From an uncultured bacterium (GTDB lineage: Bacteria > Armatimonadota > HRBIN16): a stretch of 64,000 nucleotides of DNA. Position 1 is the first letter of the stretch. Every line of letters starts with the position of its first letter. The DNA lies in NCBI GenBank assembly GCA_964579145.1, contig CAZOGB010000013.1, positions 154 through 64,153 of the forward strand. Reading direction: 5' to 3'. A program made the position numbers and the translations under genes. Below, one piece after another: positions 18,678-28,091 of the stretch. The notes beneath the pieces are model-generated. The model saw nothing but the letters and a program-made list of their open reading frames with translations, made no database searches and was not told the origin of the DNA.

Positions 18678-18999
18678 GGGCTTTTGGCTCGCTGATGTAC
18701 GGGTTTTTTCGCTGGCTCGTCAATGCGTTTTGGATGACGATTTTAGAATGCAGAAAGACGATTTAGGCAATGACGAGCGTGGCCTGCCTGGCGGCTGTCG
18801 TCGGCTCAGGACGGCAATTGTGTTGATTTAACCGGTGTGTGCTATGATTTTTGAGGAGATTGAACGCGACGTGCTATGATAACGGTTCGCTCACGGTATC
18901 TGGCAGGACGACAGAGATGAGCCTCTCGTCCCTGATCGGTACAGAAACACCTCTCCGGAAAAGCTATGAAAAATTGTTGATGTTCCCAGCAAAAAGGTA

Positions 19000-19029
19000 T
19001 TGACAGGCTTGGCTGAGGGATAATATAAT
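19000..19029 (+). promoter_or_regulatory. Consensus sigma70 promoter TTGACA-N18-TATAAT for the DUF1559 gene
   Basis: TTGACA 19000-19005, TATAAT 19024-19029, preceded by an A-tract. Confidence 0.75.
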
Positions 19030-19085
19030 GAAAATACGCTTAAGCCCATAATCAGGCGCAAACTGCTCAAAGGAGGTGCACAGTC

Positions 19086-20021
19086 GTGAAGCGTGGTTTT
19101 ACGCTCATTGAGCTGCTGGTGGTCATCGCGATAATCGCGATACTGGCAGCCATCCTGTTCCCCGTGTTCGCGCAGGCACGGGAGAAAGCTCGCCAAGCTT
19201 CCTGCCTCAGCAACTTCAAGCAGGTGGGCACGGGCGTGATGATGTACGTGCAGGACTACGACGAGACCTTCCCCTACAACCGCTTCATCGGTCCCGGAGG
19301 GGCTACCTGGTCTACCTGGAAATACGCTATCCTGCCGTACGTCAAGAATCTGCAGGTGTATGAGTGCCCAAACGCTCGGGCGCAGATAGCGCGTATGCTC
19401 GGCGACAACGAGCGGGCATGGCGCGGATCCAAGATGGATGAGACGTGGGCGCACTGTCATCCCGAATCGCCGTGGGTAAGAAGTGACCCCTACTGCGACA
19501 TCCCACGCAGTCAGAACCTGTGGTTCCCGCGAGGATACACGGTAAACGGCGCGGTGTTTAACCTCTCGGCGTGGATTGGCGGGGCGAACAATCCGCGCAA
19601 GCTGGCTGACCTCGACGCTCCCGCCGAGACCATCTGGCTGCAGGATGGGCGCAACTACGAGCCGGACACCGGTCCCTGGGCAGTCGTGCGATGCTGGTGC
19701 GCGCCTCCGGGAGACCCGCTCGGCGGAGACGTGCCCGATTCCAGCCCGAACAACCCCTGTGGCTTCGTGCGGCAGTATGGATGGCTGATTAACCATCTGA
19801 AGGGCACGCACTTCATTTTCGCGGATGGACACGTGAAGTGGACGCGCGTGCACAGCGCCATCGCCAGCAACCTGTGGAAATGGGCTTGCTTCCAGCGGCC
19901 GGGCGAACGCACCTTCTGGGGAGACCCGCGCGACTTCCCCACTGACGGCAGCTGCCGACAGCCGGACCCGGATACCTGCCGCAGCGTTGCCAGTGCGCTG
20001 GCCGCTTACGAATACCGCTAA
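19086..20021 (+). CDS. Prepilin-type DUF1559 / H-X9-DG protein, Cys-rich (311 aa)
   Basis: G|[10 protein letters not shown]-terminus; [16 protein letters not shown]; 10 Cys; RBS AGGAGG. Confidence 0.92.
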   Translation: MKRGFTLIELLVVIAIIAILAAILFPVFAQAREKARQASCLSNFKQVGTGVMMYVQDYDETFPYNRFIGPGGATWSTWKYAILPYVKNLQVYECPNARAQIARMLGDNERAWRGSKMDETWAHCHPESPWVRSDPYCDIPRSQNLWFPRGYTVNGAVFNLSAWIGGANNPRKLADLDAPAETIWLQDGRNYEPDTGPWAVVRCWCAPPGDPLGGDVPDSSPNNPCGFVRQYGWLINHLKGTHFIFADGHVKWTRVHSAIASNLWKWACFQRPGERTFWGDPRDFPTDGSCRQPDPDTCRSVASALAAYEYR

Positions 20022-20043
20022 TTCCTGAAATCATCAGCATTTG

Positions 20044-20074
20044 CGTCCGCAGAGGCTTCTCTGCGGGCGTTTTT
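20044..20074 (+). terminator. Rho-independent terminator
   Basis: CGTCCGCAGAG-GCTT-CTCTGCGGGCG followed by TTTTT. Confidence 0.75.
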
Positions 20075-22910
20075 ACTTCTGTCCACGCGCCCGTTTCTTG
20101 GCGTCGAGCAGGCGGCTGATCGGCTCACCCGATGAGGCAGGAGGGGCGACAGGCTGAGAGTCTGGTTTCTCATCTACCTCCGGCAGCCCAGCTGAGGGTT
20201 GGTTTGCAGGCTGAGGCGGTGTGTACTTTTCGCGCAGGCGCTGTTTACGCTGGAGCAGTCGCGAGGTTGCCTCAGCGGTTTGCCGGGCGGAAGGCATCCA
20301 CCGAAAGCGCACCGTCAGCCTCGCCCATGCCTCCTGCCATTCGGGAAGCGTTTCCGCCTGCCATAGAATGCGCCGCAGGGCGATGTCCACGGGCAGGAGA
20401 AACAACGCCACAAACAGCAGGGGAACGCTGGCTTCCGAGGGCACGCGCACCGGCACACGCTGTGAGCCGAAAATCTCCTGCGGTGGCGGCTGCTGTTTAC
20501 CACCGGTGAGCCGGGCAATCTGCTCCAGCAAGCCCGAATTGCTCTTCAGATCGCGGTATTCCGGCGAGTAGGCGATGGTATCCGTACCGATGCTGAGGCT
20601 GGTAGTGCCGTCCGAACGGCGATACTGTGTGGCGATAACGTAGGTTCCATAGCCCCGTGCATCAAAGGAGGCTTCGTAGCGGGTGGCGCCCGTCTGTGAT
20701 AGCACCAGCGGCACCACCTGACCGGTAGACGTGATGAGTTTGGCAGAGAGCGAGCGGTTACCATTGTCCTCTGACGCCCGCAGGAGATTCACCGCCACGT
20801 AGCCCTTCCCTCCCGAAATGGTAACCTGCGTGCGCACGTCTTCAGCGGGCAGACTGCGCAGCACCGTCCGCACCGCACGCGCAGCAAAGGCAGGAAACTC
20901 CCCCCATTTCACCCACTGCGCGCACCACTTCGCCTGACCGTCAGAAGTAAAAGCCATACTGCGCCCTACGCCATACTGCCATACCGCAAAGATGGGGTCT
21001 TCTTTGTGCGACAGCAAACCCAGCCGTGCGCCCGGCTTGGCGGTGGTAGTGTTGTAGCCCAGCAGGGGTGGTGAGCCTTCCCAGCCGATGCCCGTTACAA
21101 CCTCATCGCCGGTGTAGCGCACGTAGAAGGGTTCCTCAATGAACTGCGCCTTGCTGGCAATCAGTGCCTCTTTGGTGAAAATCTGCGGCAGGTTCGCCAT
21201 GCGGTCGGTGAAGTAGTAGCGCCCGCCCCCCGCCTTCGCCAGCTGCTGGAGGAAGGCTTCATCCTTGCCATGCCCGAAACAGACTACTGTCACGGTGATG
21301 CCTGCCCTGCGCAACTGCGCCGCGAGGGGAATGGCGCCCTCCTGGTGGTCACAGTCGTCGCCGTCGGCAAGGATAATCATGTGCCTCAACCGGGCACGGC
21401 TGACCTGCATCAGCTTTGCGCCTGCCTCCATACCCGGTCGCACGTAGATACCACCACCGCCCGGCTGGAAGGCCGCGATGGCACGCAGAATCTCTTCCTT
21501 CTTTTCGCCCACCCGCCACATCGGCACTACCGCCCGACAGTCAGAACCCGCAGCGATGACGCCCACCTCATCCTGCGCCGTCAGAAACCGTACCACCGTG
21601 GCGGCAGCGCGGTTTGCCAGCTCCATTTTGGTCGTTCCGCCCTCCGGCATCGCCATACTACCCGAATCGTCCACCACGAGCACAATGCCCACCGAAGGGT
21701 AGGAATGGTACTTGCGCACGTCCATCGACACGGGCAGAACCTCTTCCACGGGCGTCTCGAAGTAGCCTCCCGCGCCGAAGCTGTCCTCGCCACCAATCAT
21801 GCCCAGCCCCACGCCCAGCTCGCGCGTAGCGACCTGCAGGGCGCGCATGGCAGGGACACCCAGTTCATAGGCAGGCACGTTGTGCAGGATGACGGCATCA
21901 TAAGCCTGCAGCTGTGCGGGCTGGGTCTTCATCGCCTGCGGGCTGACCACGTCCACCCGGATACGCTGGGTTTGCGCCGCCTGCGCGAAGGGGGTAGACC
22001 TACCGTTGCCTGTTACGTACAGTACGCGCGGCATGCCCTGCACCCGCACATAGCCCGCGCCGCGGTTGTTCTGGGGATAGGTATCGGTGGATGCCAGCAG
22101 GGATACCTGATAGCGATACTGCCCGGCAGTGTCCTCGCGGTGCGACATCTGCACCAGATTCTTGCCCGGCTTGAGCTCTACTACCTGACTCTTCACCGGC
22201 TGACCGTCGCGCAGCAGCACCAGCTCCGCCGACTGCGGATGGGTGGACGCAATCCACACGCGCAGGTTGAACGGCTCCCCCTCTTTCACCAGCGTGGGGG
22301 TCTGAACCCGTTCTACCAGCGTTTCCGTTCGCACCTCGCGCGGGAAAGGAACCACATGCACCTTGACGCCTCGCCCCGCTGCCTGCAGTGCCTGGGCAAC
22401 CGCGTCACCCGCGTTGGCGTTGCCGTCAGAGAAGAGTACAATCTGTTTGCCCACGTTTTCAGGAAAGGCGGCGAGCGCTAGGCTGAGCCCCCGCCCGATA
22501 TCGGTCATTTCTGGGGAGTTGCTTGGGGGGATATGCGTCACTTCCAGCCGACTGCTCAGCGGAGCCACTATCTGCGGGTCGCTGCCGAAGACGATAATAC
22601 CCGCCATATCGTCCTCGCGCATCTGGCGCACGGCATCCCGGATGAAACGCAATGCGGATTCGCGCTGTTGCGGGTCCACACTGGCGCTTCCGTCCACCAC
22701 GAAGAACACCGCCTGCGCGGTGGCGGTTCGCACCCAGCGGATGCCAGCCAGTGCGAGAATAATCAGCGTCACCAGCAGGAGACGGAGCCACAATGACGCC
22801 TGCATCTGCCAACGGGGCAGTGCCGCCATACTGTGACGATGCACCCACCAGAAGATGGGCAGAATCGCCAGCAGTAACAGCATCCATGCACGCGCGAACT
22901 CCATAGGCAT
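20073..22910 (-). CDS. Membrane-anchored protein with two vWA domains and glutamine-amidotransferase-like (DUF1355-type) domains
   Basis: BatA-like N-terminal TM pair; MIDAS DGSAS and DDSGS motifs; LGMIGGEDSFGAGGY..TPVEEVLPV; PIFAVWQYGVGRS; C-terminal TM. Confidence 0.85.
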   Translation of the reverse strand: MPMEFARAWMLLLLAILPIFWWVHRHSMAALPRWQMQASLWLRLLLVTLIILALAGIRWVRTATAQAVFFVVDGSASVDPQQRESALRFIRDAVRQMREDDMAGIIVFGSDPQIVAPLSSRLEVTHIPPSNSPEMTDIGRGLSLALAAFPENVGKQIVLFSDGNANAGDAVAQALQAAGRGVKVHVVPFPREVRTETLVERVQTPTLVKEGEPFNLRVWIASTHPQSAELVLLRDGQPVKSQVVELKPGKNLVQMSHREDTAGQYRYQVSLLASTDTYPQNNRGAGYVRVQGMPRVLYVTGNGRSTPFAQAAQTQRIRVDVVSPQAMKTQPAQLQAYDAVILHNVPAYELGVPAMRALQVATRELGVGLGMIGGEDSFGAGGYFETPVEEVLPVSMDVRKYHSYPSVGIVLVVDDSGSMAMPEGGTTKMELANRAAATVVRFLTAQDEVGVIAAGSDCRAVVPMWRVGEKKEEILRAIAAFQPGGGGIYVRPGMEAGAKLMQVSRARLRHMIILADGDDCDHQEGAIPLAAQLRRAGITVTVVCFGHGKDEAFLQQLAKAGGGRYYFTDRMANLPQIFTKEALIASKAQFIEEPFYVRYTGDEVVTGIGWEGSPPLLGYNTTTAKPGARLGLLSHKEDPIFAVWQYGVGRSMAFTSDGQAKWCAQWVKWGEFPAFAARAVRTVLRSLPAEDVRTQVTISGGKGYVAVNLLRASEDNGNRSLSAKLITSTGQVVPLVLSQTGATRYEASFDARGYGTYVIATQYRRSDGTTSLSIGTDTIAYSPEYRDLKSNSGLLEQIARLTGGKQQPPPQEIFGSQRVPVRVPSEASVPLLFVALFLLPVDIALRRILWQAETLPEWQEAWARLTVRFRWMPSARQTAEATSRLLQRKQRLREKYTPPQPANQPSAGLPEVDEKPDSQPVAPPASSGEPISRLLDAKKRARGQK

Positions 22911-22916
22911 CTCACA

Positions 22917-25019
22917 TCACCGCTGCTCCTTCAGCGCCCGCGCACACTCCTCGCGCAGTGCCTCCAGTGCCCGCTCACGCTCCGGGGGACGGGACAGAGC
23001 CTGCGCCATCGGGTTGTTCTCTCGCACGGAACGGTCGGCATCCAGTATCTGCAGGGCGCGCGCACACAACCTCTGCGCCTCTTCCGATTGATTGCGTGCC
23101 CTGGCAAGGCGTGCCAGCCCGGCGTAGGCGAAGGCGTAGTCCACCTCCGGTATCTCGGGAATAGCGCGTATCTGGTTGAAGACGCTCGCCTCGATATCCA
23201 GCATTCGCCGGTACACCGCCTCTGCCTGCTGAAGGTCACCGGTCTGCTCCAGTGTCCTGCCCAGCTCCGCCATCACGCGCAGGGCGTGCGGGTCTACCTC
23301 CAGTGCACGGCGGTACGCCTCTATCGCCTTTGCCGGATTGCCCAGCACGTCGCGATACAGGTTGCCCAGATGATACCACGTTTTGGACATCGGCATCACC
23401 TCTGCCGAACGCCTCAGAAAGCGCACCGCGTCCTCTGCCCGCGAGGTATCCCCCGCCCGCGCCATGGCGTAATACAGCATTCCCAGGCTCAACAGGTGGT
23501 CGCCGTTCCAGGGTTCCCAGCGCAGGGCTTGCTGAAAGCCTTCTTCGTCGGGTATTCCCTGCGCCAGGTCCCAGTTCGCCCTGTTCGCGCTGAGCGCACC
23601 CGCCATCCGTAAGGTGAGCACAGGCAGGGCGAGAAGCAAAAGCAGTGCGTGTGCGAGGTAGAGCCGTTTTGTCGGTGCCTGGCGCTCCTCCTCTGGCGCG
23701 AACGATATCGCCAGCATCAGCCCCACCACCGCCCAGAAGGTGAGCAGGCAGGCGACAATAGACCAGTCGGAGTCCACCAGATTACGCGCCAGTCCGGCGG
23801 CAATCGCGCCTGCCAGACCGGCACGCAGGGGACGGAGGTCCCAGCCACCAGCCTGATGGGGAGCGTTCCTCTCCCGACGCAGCACCGCCCATGCCAGCGT
23901 TCCCAGCGTGCCCAGCAGGAAAAGCAGTGCAGGCACTCCCGCCTCCGCGCTGATTTGCAGGTAGCTGTTGTGCGCCAGGCGGGTAAAACCGACGATGGCG
24001 TAACGTGGATAGGCAATCTCATACGTTCCCAGACCCGTGCCGAGTATCGGGTTCGCCTTCGCCACCCTGAGCGTGCCCTTCCACGTCCAGATGCGAAAGC
24101 CTCCGGAGTGGCTCTCCGCCTGCGCCGCCTGTGCCGTCACGCGCTGGGTGAGGGGACGCGCCGCCAGCACCGCCGTCAGCACCGCAATCAGGCAGAACAG
24201 CGCAAACGTCACGGCACGCTGAGGGTTCCAGGAGCGATTAAACGCCATCCACCCAGCCATGACCACCAGCGACAGCACCGCACAAATCGCCCCGAAGCGT
24301 GAGCCGGTGAGCAGAAGCGCGCCCACCTGAAGCCATGTGCCGAAGCCCGCCAGCCAGCGAATGCTCTTGGCGCTGGGGTGGGAGGGAGGGGTGGATAGAG
24401 CGATTGACAGTGTGGCCGGTACCGTCAAACACAGGTAGCCCGCGAGAAAGTCGGGGTTGAAGAATGTCCCGAACACGCGCCAGTTCGCCACCTCGCGCAC
24501 GTTCTGGGCGTATTCGCGCACGGCGACGGCAGCGGCAAGTGTGCCCCCTGTCGCCAGCGCATGAACCATTGTCACCGTCGCCTCGCCGCGCCGCTGAGAG
24601 AACAACCATGCCGGCACAATGGCGACCACCCAGTAGCTCCACGCAACCAGCGTTGCCCAGCGATACACGGAGGCAAATACCGACGCTAACAGCCACACCA
24701 GCAAAAGCACCGCCAGCACGCGCGCCCCTCGCGGCACGCTGTCGCCGTGTGCCGGCTGGCGTATTCCCTCCCACACCAGCGCGGCCAGCGCCAGTAGAAG
24801 GATGCACCATACCGTCACCGACAGCATCGTGCCTGTGGTGAACAGCGCGACGACCACTCCGCGCAGGGTGGGCTCTACCGGTTCACCGCCCACCTCCAGC
24901 CTGCCGGTGGTGAGCGGCGCCAGCACCACTATCGCCCCCAGAAGCCACGTGGAGAGAGAAACCTCGCCCCTGGTGGTCTGCCGATTGGTTGGTTCCGTTT
25001 TTCGCGAACGTTTCTTCAT
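22917..25019 (-). CDS. O-antigen ligase (Wzy_C/WaaL/PglL-like) family protein with C-terminal TPRs
   Basis: GTFFNPDFLAGYL, LTGSRFG, WTWKGTLRVAKANPILGTGLGTY, AHNSYLQISAEAG; TPR helices at the C-terminus. Confidence 0.88.
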   Translation of the reverse strand: MKKRSRKTEPTNRQTTRGEVSLSTWLLGAIVVLAPLTTGRLEVGGEPVEPTLRGVVVALFTTGTMLSVTVWCILLLALAALVWEGIRQPAHGDSVPRGARVLAVLLLVWLLASVFASVYRWATLVAWSYWVVAIVPAWLFSQRRGEATVTMVHALATGGTLAAAVAVREYAQNVREVANWRVFGTFFNPDFLAGYLCLTVPATLSIALSTPPSHPSAKSIRWLAGFGTWLQVGALLLTGSRFGAICAVLSLVVMAGWMAFNRSWNPQRAVTFALFCLIAVLTAVLAARPLTQRVTAQAAQAESHSGGFRIWTWKGTLRVAKANPILGTGLGTYEIAYPRYAIVGFTRLAHNSYLQISAEAGVPALLFLLGTLGTLAWAVLRRERNAPHQAGGWDLRPLRAGLAGAIAAGLARNLVDSDWSIVACLLTFWAVVGLMLAISFAPEEERQAPTKRLYLAHALLLLLALPVLTLRMAGALSANRANWDLAQGIPDEEGFQQALRWEPWNGDHLLSLGMLYYAMARAGDTSRAEDAVRFLRRSAEVMPMSKTWYHLGNLYRDVLGNPAKAIEAYRRALEVDPHALRVMAELGRTLEQTGDLQQAEAVYRRMLDIEASVFNQIRAIPEIPEVDYAFAYAGLARLARARNQSEEAQRLCARALQILDADRSVRENNPMAQALSRPPERERALEALREECARALKEQR

Positions 25020-25095
25020 GGTAGGGCTTTACCTGCTGAGTTATCGTTTTAGAGTTATTTATGTGACGTTCTGCAAGCGTGTTACCCGTACCCCT

Positions 25096-25564
25096 CTGGA
25101 GGGCGAACCTCCCGGTGAGCCGAAAGAAGCCCCACCTGGCCTCCCCGCAGGCGGGAAGGGAAGCCCTCACCCTGACCCTCTCCCACGGGGAGAGGGCAAA
25201 CGGCTCGGCAGGAGCCTCGCGCTCCAGAGATAGTCCGCCAATTTGGGGGGCGAACCTCCTGTGGGGGCAACCCTCTGTGGTTGCTCCCCCTTTGATTTGG
25301 AACCGACCTTCCTGCAGGGGGGAGGAACGCTTGGCATCCTCTCCCAACCGCCCCGCAGGCGGAAAGAGACGTCCCCCTGCTTGCGGGGGGACCACAGGGG
25401 GGCTGACAACTCCTGAAAAAGCCCCACCTAGCCTCCCCGCAGGCGGGGAGGAGAACCCCTCTCCCGACCTCTCCCCGACGGGGGACAGCCCCACCTAACC
25501 TCCCCGCAGGCGGGGAGGGAATCTGGCTCTCCTTCCCTCGCAGGGAAGGGGCTGGGGGTTAGGT
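25096..25564. repeat. Intergenic mosaic of palindromic REP-like repeats
   Basis: AGCCCCACCT(G/A)(G/A)CCTCCCCGCAGGCGGG units at 25128, 25420 and 25487; CCCTCACCCTGACCCTCTCCC-ACG-GGGAGAGGG at 25164; imperfect IR pair 25096-25122/25201-25227; GTGGGGGCAACCCTCTGTGGTTGCTCCC at 25261; CCCCCTGCTTGCGGGGGG near 25373. Confidence 0.85.
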
Positions 25565-25596
25565 CTGCCGACCCCCTTGCTTACCTGCCCGCACGT

Positions 25597-26493
25597 TCAC
25601 CTGCCCAGCAGCTTCAGCCGAATGGCTATCAGATGATTGCGGGTTATCAGCAGGTTTGCTCTCAGCCACAAGCCCAACGGGATAAGCACCCGGCTCCAGA
25701 TGGGCAGGCGGTGCGCGTAGTGTTTCTGGAAAAACAGCCGATGACTGCGATGGAACTGTCGGATCATCGCGTTGACCGCCCTGTCGGTGCTGCGCCCGAT
25801 GGCGTGAGTGACCGTCGCTTCGGGGTGGTACACCACCTTCCAGCCCGCCTCATGCGCCCGCCAGCACAGGTCCACATCCTCGCAGTACATGAAGAACTGT
25901 TCGTCGAACCCGCCCAGCTGGTCCCATGTTTCCCGCCGTATCATCATCGCACAGCCCGACACCCAGTCCACCTCTATCGTGTGGGCGTGGTCAAAGTCGG
26001 TCATCAGGTAATCGCGCACAAAGCGGTTTTGCGGGAACAGCCGACCCAGAAAGGTATTGCGAAACAGCCCCGCCTCGTACACGGGAAAGCGCCGGCAGGA
26101 GTACTGCAGGGAGCCGTCGGGGTTGAGCACCTTGGGCGCGATGATGCCGACCTCGGGATGGGCGTCGGCGTAGTCCACCAGCGCTTTGAGTGCGCCCGGA
26201 TGCGCTTTAGCGTCCGAGTTCAACAGCATCAGATAGCGTCCCTGTGCGACCTGTGCCGCGCGGTTGTGCGCCTTACCAAAGCCCTCGTTCAGGCGGTTCT
26301 CAATCAGCTTCACCTCGGGAAACTCGCGCTTCACCATTGCCACGCTGTCGTCCCATGAGGCGTTGTCTACCACGATAATCTCCACCTGCACGCCCGGATG
26401 CAGGGAGGGGTGAAGCGAACGCAGGCACTCGCGCAGGTCATCGCGCGTGTTCCAGTTGACGATAATCACGCTCACATCAGGCTTTTCGTTCAC
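25597..26493 (-). CDS. Glycosyltransferase family 2 (WbbL-like)
   Basis: SVIIVNWN, VDNASWD, LLNSD, VDWVSGCAMMIR, FDEQFFMYCEDVDLC. GTG 26493 overlaps the upstream gene end. Confidence 0.9.
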   Translation of the reverse strand: MNEKPDVSVIIVNWNTRDDLRECLRSLHPSLHPGVQVEIIVVDNASWDDSVAMVKREFPEVKLIENRLNEGFGKAHNRAAQVAQGRYLMLLNSDAKAHPGALKALVDYADAHPEVGIIAPKVLNPDGSLQYSCRRFPVYEAGLFRNTFLGRLFPQNRFVRDYLMTDFDHAHTIEVDWVSGCAMMIRRETWDQLGGFDEQFFMYCEDVDLCWRAHEAGWKVVYHPEATVTHAIGRSTDRAVNAMIRQFHRSHRLFFQKHYAHRLPIWSRVLIPLGLWLRANLLITRNHLIAIRLKLLGR

Positions 26494-27355
26494 TTTGCCA
26501 CCCCTCGCGTCCTCTGCCAAGCGTCCTCAGCCAGGCGTTGCAGGTGATGCTCCACAGAATCAGCCCATATATCGGCAGGGGAAGTCGCCCTCGGTAGTGC
26601 TTCTGGTAAAACTTCTGCAGTGACCGATGCGATTCCCATATCATCTGCGGGCGCACCTGCCGGGTACTCGCTCCGCCGTGATGGACCACCACCACGCCGG
26701 GATGGAAATATATCTTCCAGCCCATCTTTTTCGCCCGGTAGCACCAGTCCACCTCGTTGAAGAAGATGGGGAACCGCTCGTCCATCAGCCCCACCTGTTC
26801 CACCGCCCTTCGGGACAGCATCAGGAACGTGCCCATCGGCTGGTCCACCTCGGCGATGTGGTCGTAGGTAAACCACGTCATGCGGTATGCTCCGAATCGG
26901 CGTGAACGGGGAAACAGCTTTGCCAATCCCAAATACTCCCACATCACCGCTTCGGGTTCCGGGAAACCCCGCACCGACGCCTGCACGCGCCCATCGGGAT
27001 GCACCAGCTTCGCGCCCAGCGCAGCCGCTTCAGGGTGTTCGCGAAGGAACTGTACGGCGGTGTCCAGTGCCCCCTCGGTCACCTCTGTGTCGGCGTTCAG
27101 CAGGAGCAGGTACTCGCCCTGTGCTTTCTGCATCAGCAGGTTGTTGCCCGCGGCGTAGCCCAGGTTGCTCTCCGAGGCTATCAGGTGCACCTCGGGGAAC
27201 TCCTGCTGGACCATCTGCGCACTGCCATCGCGCGAGGCGTTGTCCAGCATCCATACCTCCATCGGCTCGGAAAGGGGATAGCACCGCAATGAACGCAGGC
27301 ATGCCCTCAACAGGTCGCGCGTGTTCCAGTTGACGATAAGGATGGAGAGGGTCAT
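26477..27355 (-). CDS. Glycosyltransferase family 2 (tandem paralog)
   Basis: SILIVNWN, LDNASRD, LLNAD, VDQPMGTFLM, MDERFPIFFNEVDWC. Confidence 0.9.
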   Translation of the reverse strand: MTLSILIVNWNTRDLLRACLRSLRCYPLSEPMEVWMLDNASRDGSAQMVQQEFPEVHLIASESNLGYAAGNNLLMQKAQGEYLLLLNADTEVTEGALDTAVQFLREHPEAAALGAKLVHPDGRVQASVRGFPEPEAVMWEYLGLAKLFPRSRRFGAYRMTWFTYDHIAEVDQPMGTFLMLSRRAVEQVGLMDERFPIFFNEVDWCYRAKKMGWKIYFHPGVVVVHHGGASTRQVRPQMIWESHRSLQKFYQKHYRGRLPLPIYGLILWSITCNAWLRTLGRGREGWQSERKA

Positions 27356-28008
27356 AGTAGTTCTCTCAACTCCCGCACCAGCACATCGGGCGGATGATTG
27401 CGGAAGGGATTAATGGGCACATCGCGCCGCCAGATGCCCACTGTGCGGCAGCCCGCACCCCGTCCCGCCTCCACGTCCATCCAGTAATCGCCCACCACCA
27501 CGCACCGTTCCGGCGCAATACGCCACTCCTGCAGGGCAACAAGAACATGCTCTGGATGCGGTTTGACCTGCTGCACGTCGTCGCGGCTGACCAGCAGGTC
27601 ATAGGGTATCTGCAACTGCTCCAGCGTTCGCAGGGATACCTGTCGGTCGTTGCGGGTGATGATGCCGATGCGCACTCCCATCGCCCTCAGCGCAGTCAGC
27701 AGGTCGGTCATGCCCGGCACCGGGCGTGGGGTCGCACAGTAAGCCATCTCCATCGCCTGCAGGCGGGCAAGCGCACGCTGACGAAACTCCTCTGCCTGCT
27801 CGGGTTTGCCGGCAGAGCGCAATTCATTTGCCGCCTTCTCCACCGCGCCCAGCACGTCCAGCGACTGCAAAGGCTGAGGGTCCAGCCCGTATTCGGCAAC
27901 CAGCTTCAGCGTCGCCGCACGCAGTTTGGAGAAGTCGATATCCGTCTCGGCGAGCGTGCCGTCCAGGTCAAACAGTACCGCCTGTGCGTTCTGGAAGATT
28001 GCATGCAT
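27352..28008 (-). CDS. HAD-family hydrolase (phosphoglycolate phosphatase-like)
   Basis: FDLDGTL, IITRN, KPHP, VGDYWMD motifs. Confidence 0.88.
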   Translation of the reverse strand: MHAIFQNAQAVLFDLDGTLAETDIDFSKLRAATLKLVAEYGLDPQPLQSLDVLGAVEKAANELRSAGKPEQAEEFRQRALARLQAMEMAYCATPRPVPGMTDLLTALRAMGVRIGIITRNDRQVSLRTLEQLQIPYDLLVSRDDVQQVKPHPEHVLVALQEWRIAPERCVVVGDYWMDVEAGRGAGCRTVGIWRRDVPINPFRNHPPDVLVRELRELL

Positions 28009-28091
28009 ACCCCGATTATACCAGATGCACGGCGAAGCAGGAACTGCCTGCCTTCCCCGCGAACCTTTCCCCGGCGAAAGGAGGAAACGGG

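Noticed and set aside
18870-18965. Hairpin GGACGA...TCGTCC and GGAGAG...ACCGA resembling a glycine riboswitch; repeated GTGCTATGAT
   Set aside because: Core aptamer elements (CCGAAG, CTCTCAGG) are missing; the repeats may just be extended -10 boxes. An Rfam scan would settle it.
24883-25498. ORFs of 203, 139, 86 and 62 aa across the repeat mosaic
   Set aside because: Pro/Gly-rich translations of GC palindromes with no RBS; explained by the repeats.
25096-25564. CRISPR array
   Set aside because: Repeats are heterogeneous, irregularly spaced, lack unique spacers of constant length, and no cas genes are present.
27726-28091. 249-aa extended ridA ORF and the fused 494-aa ABC ORF (29994-31478)
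   Set aside because: Upstream extensions overlap other real genes; true starts are 28092 and 30950 with RBSs.
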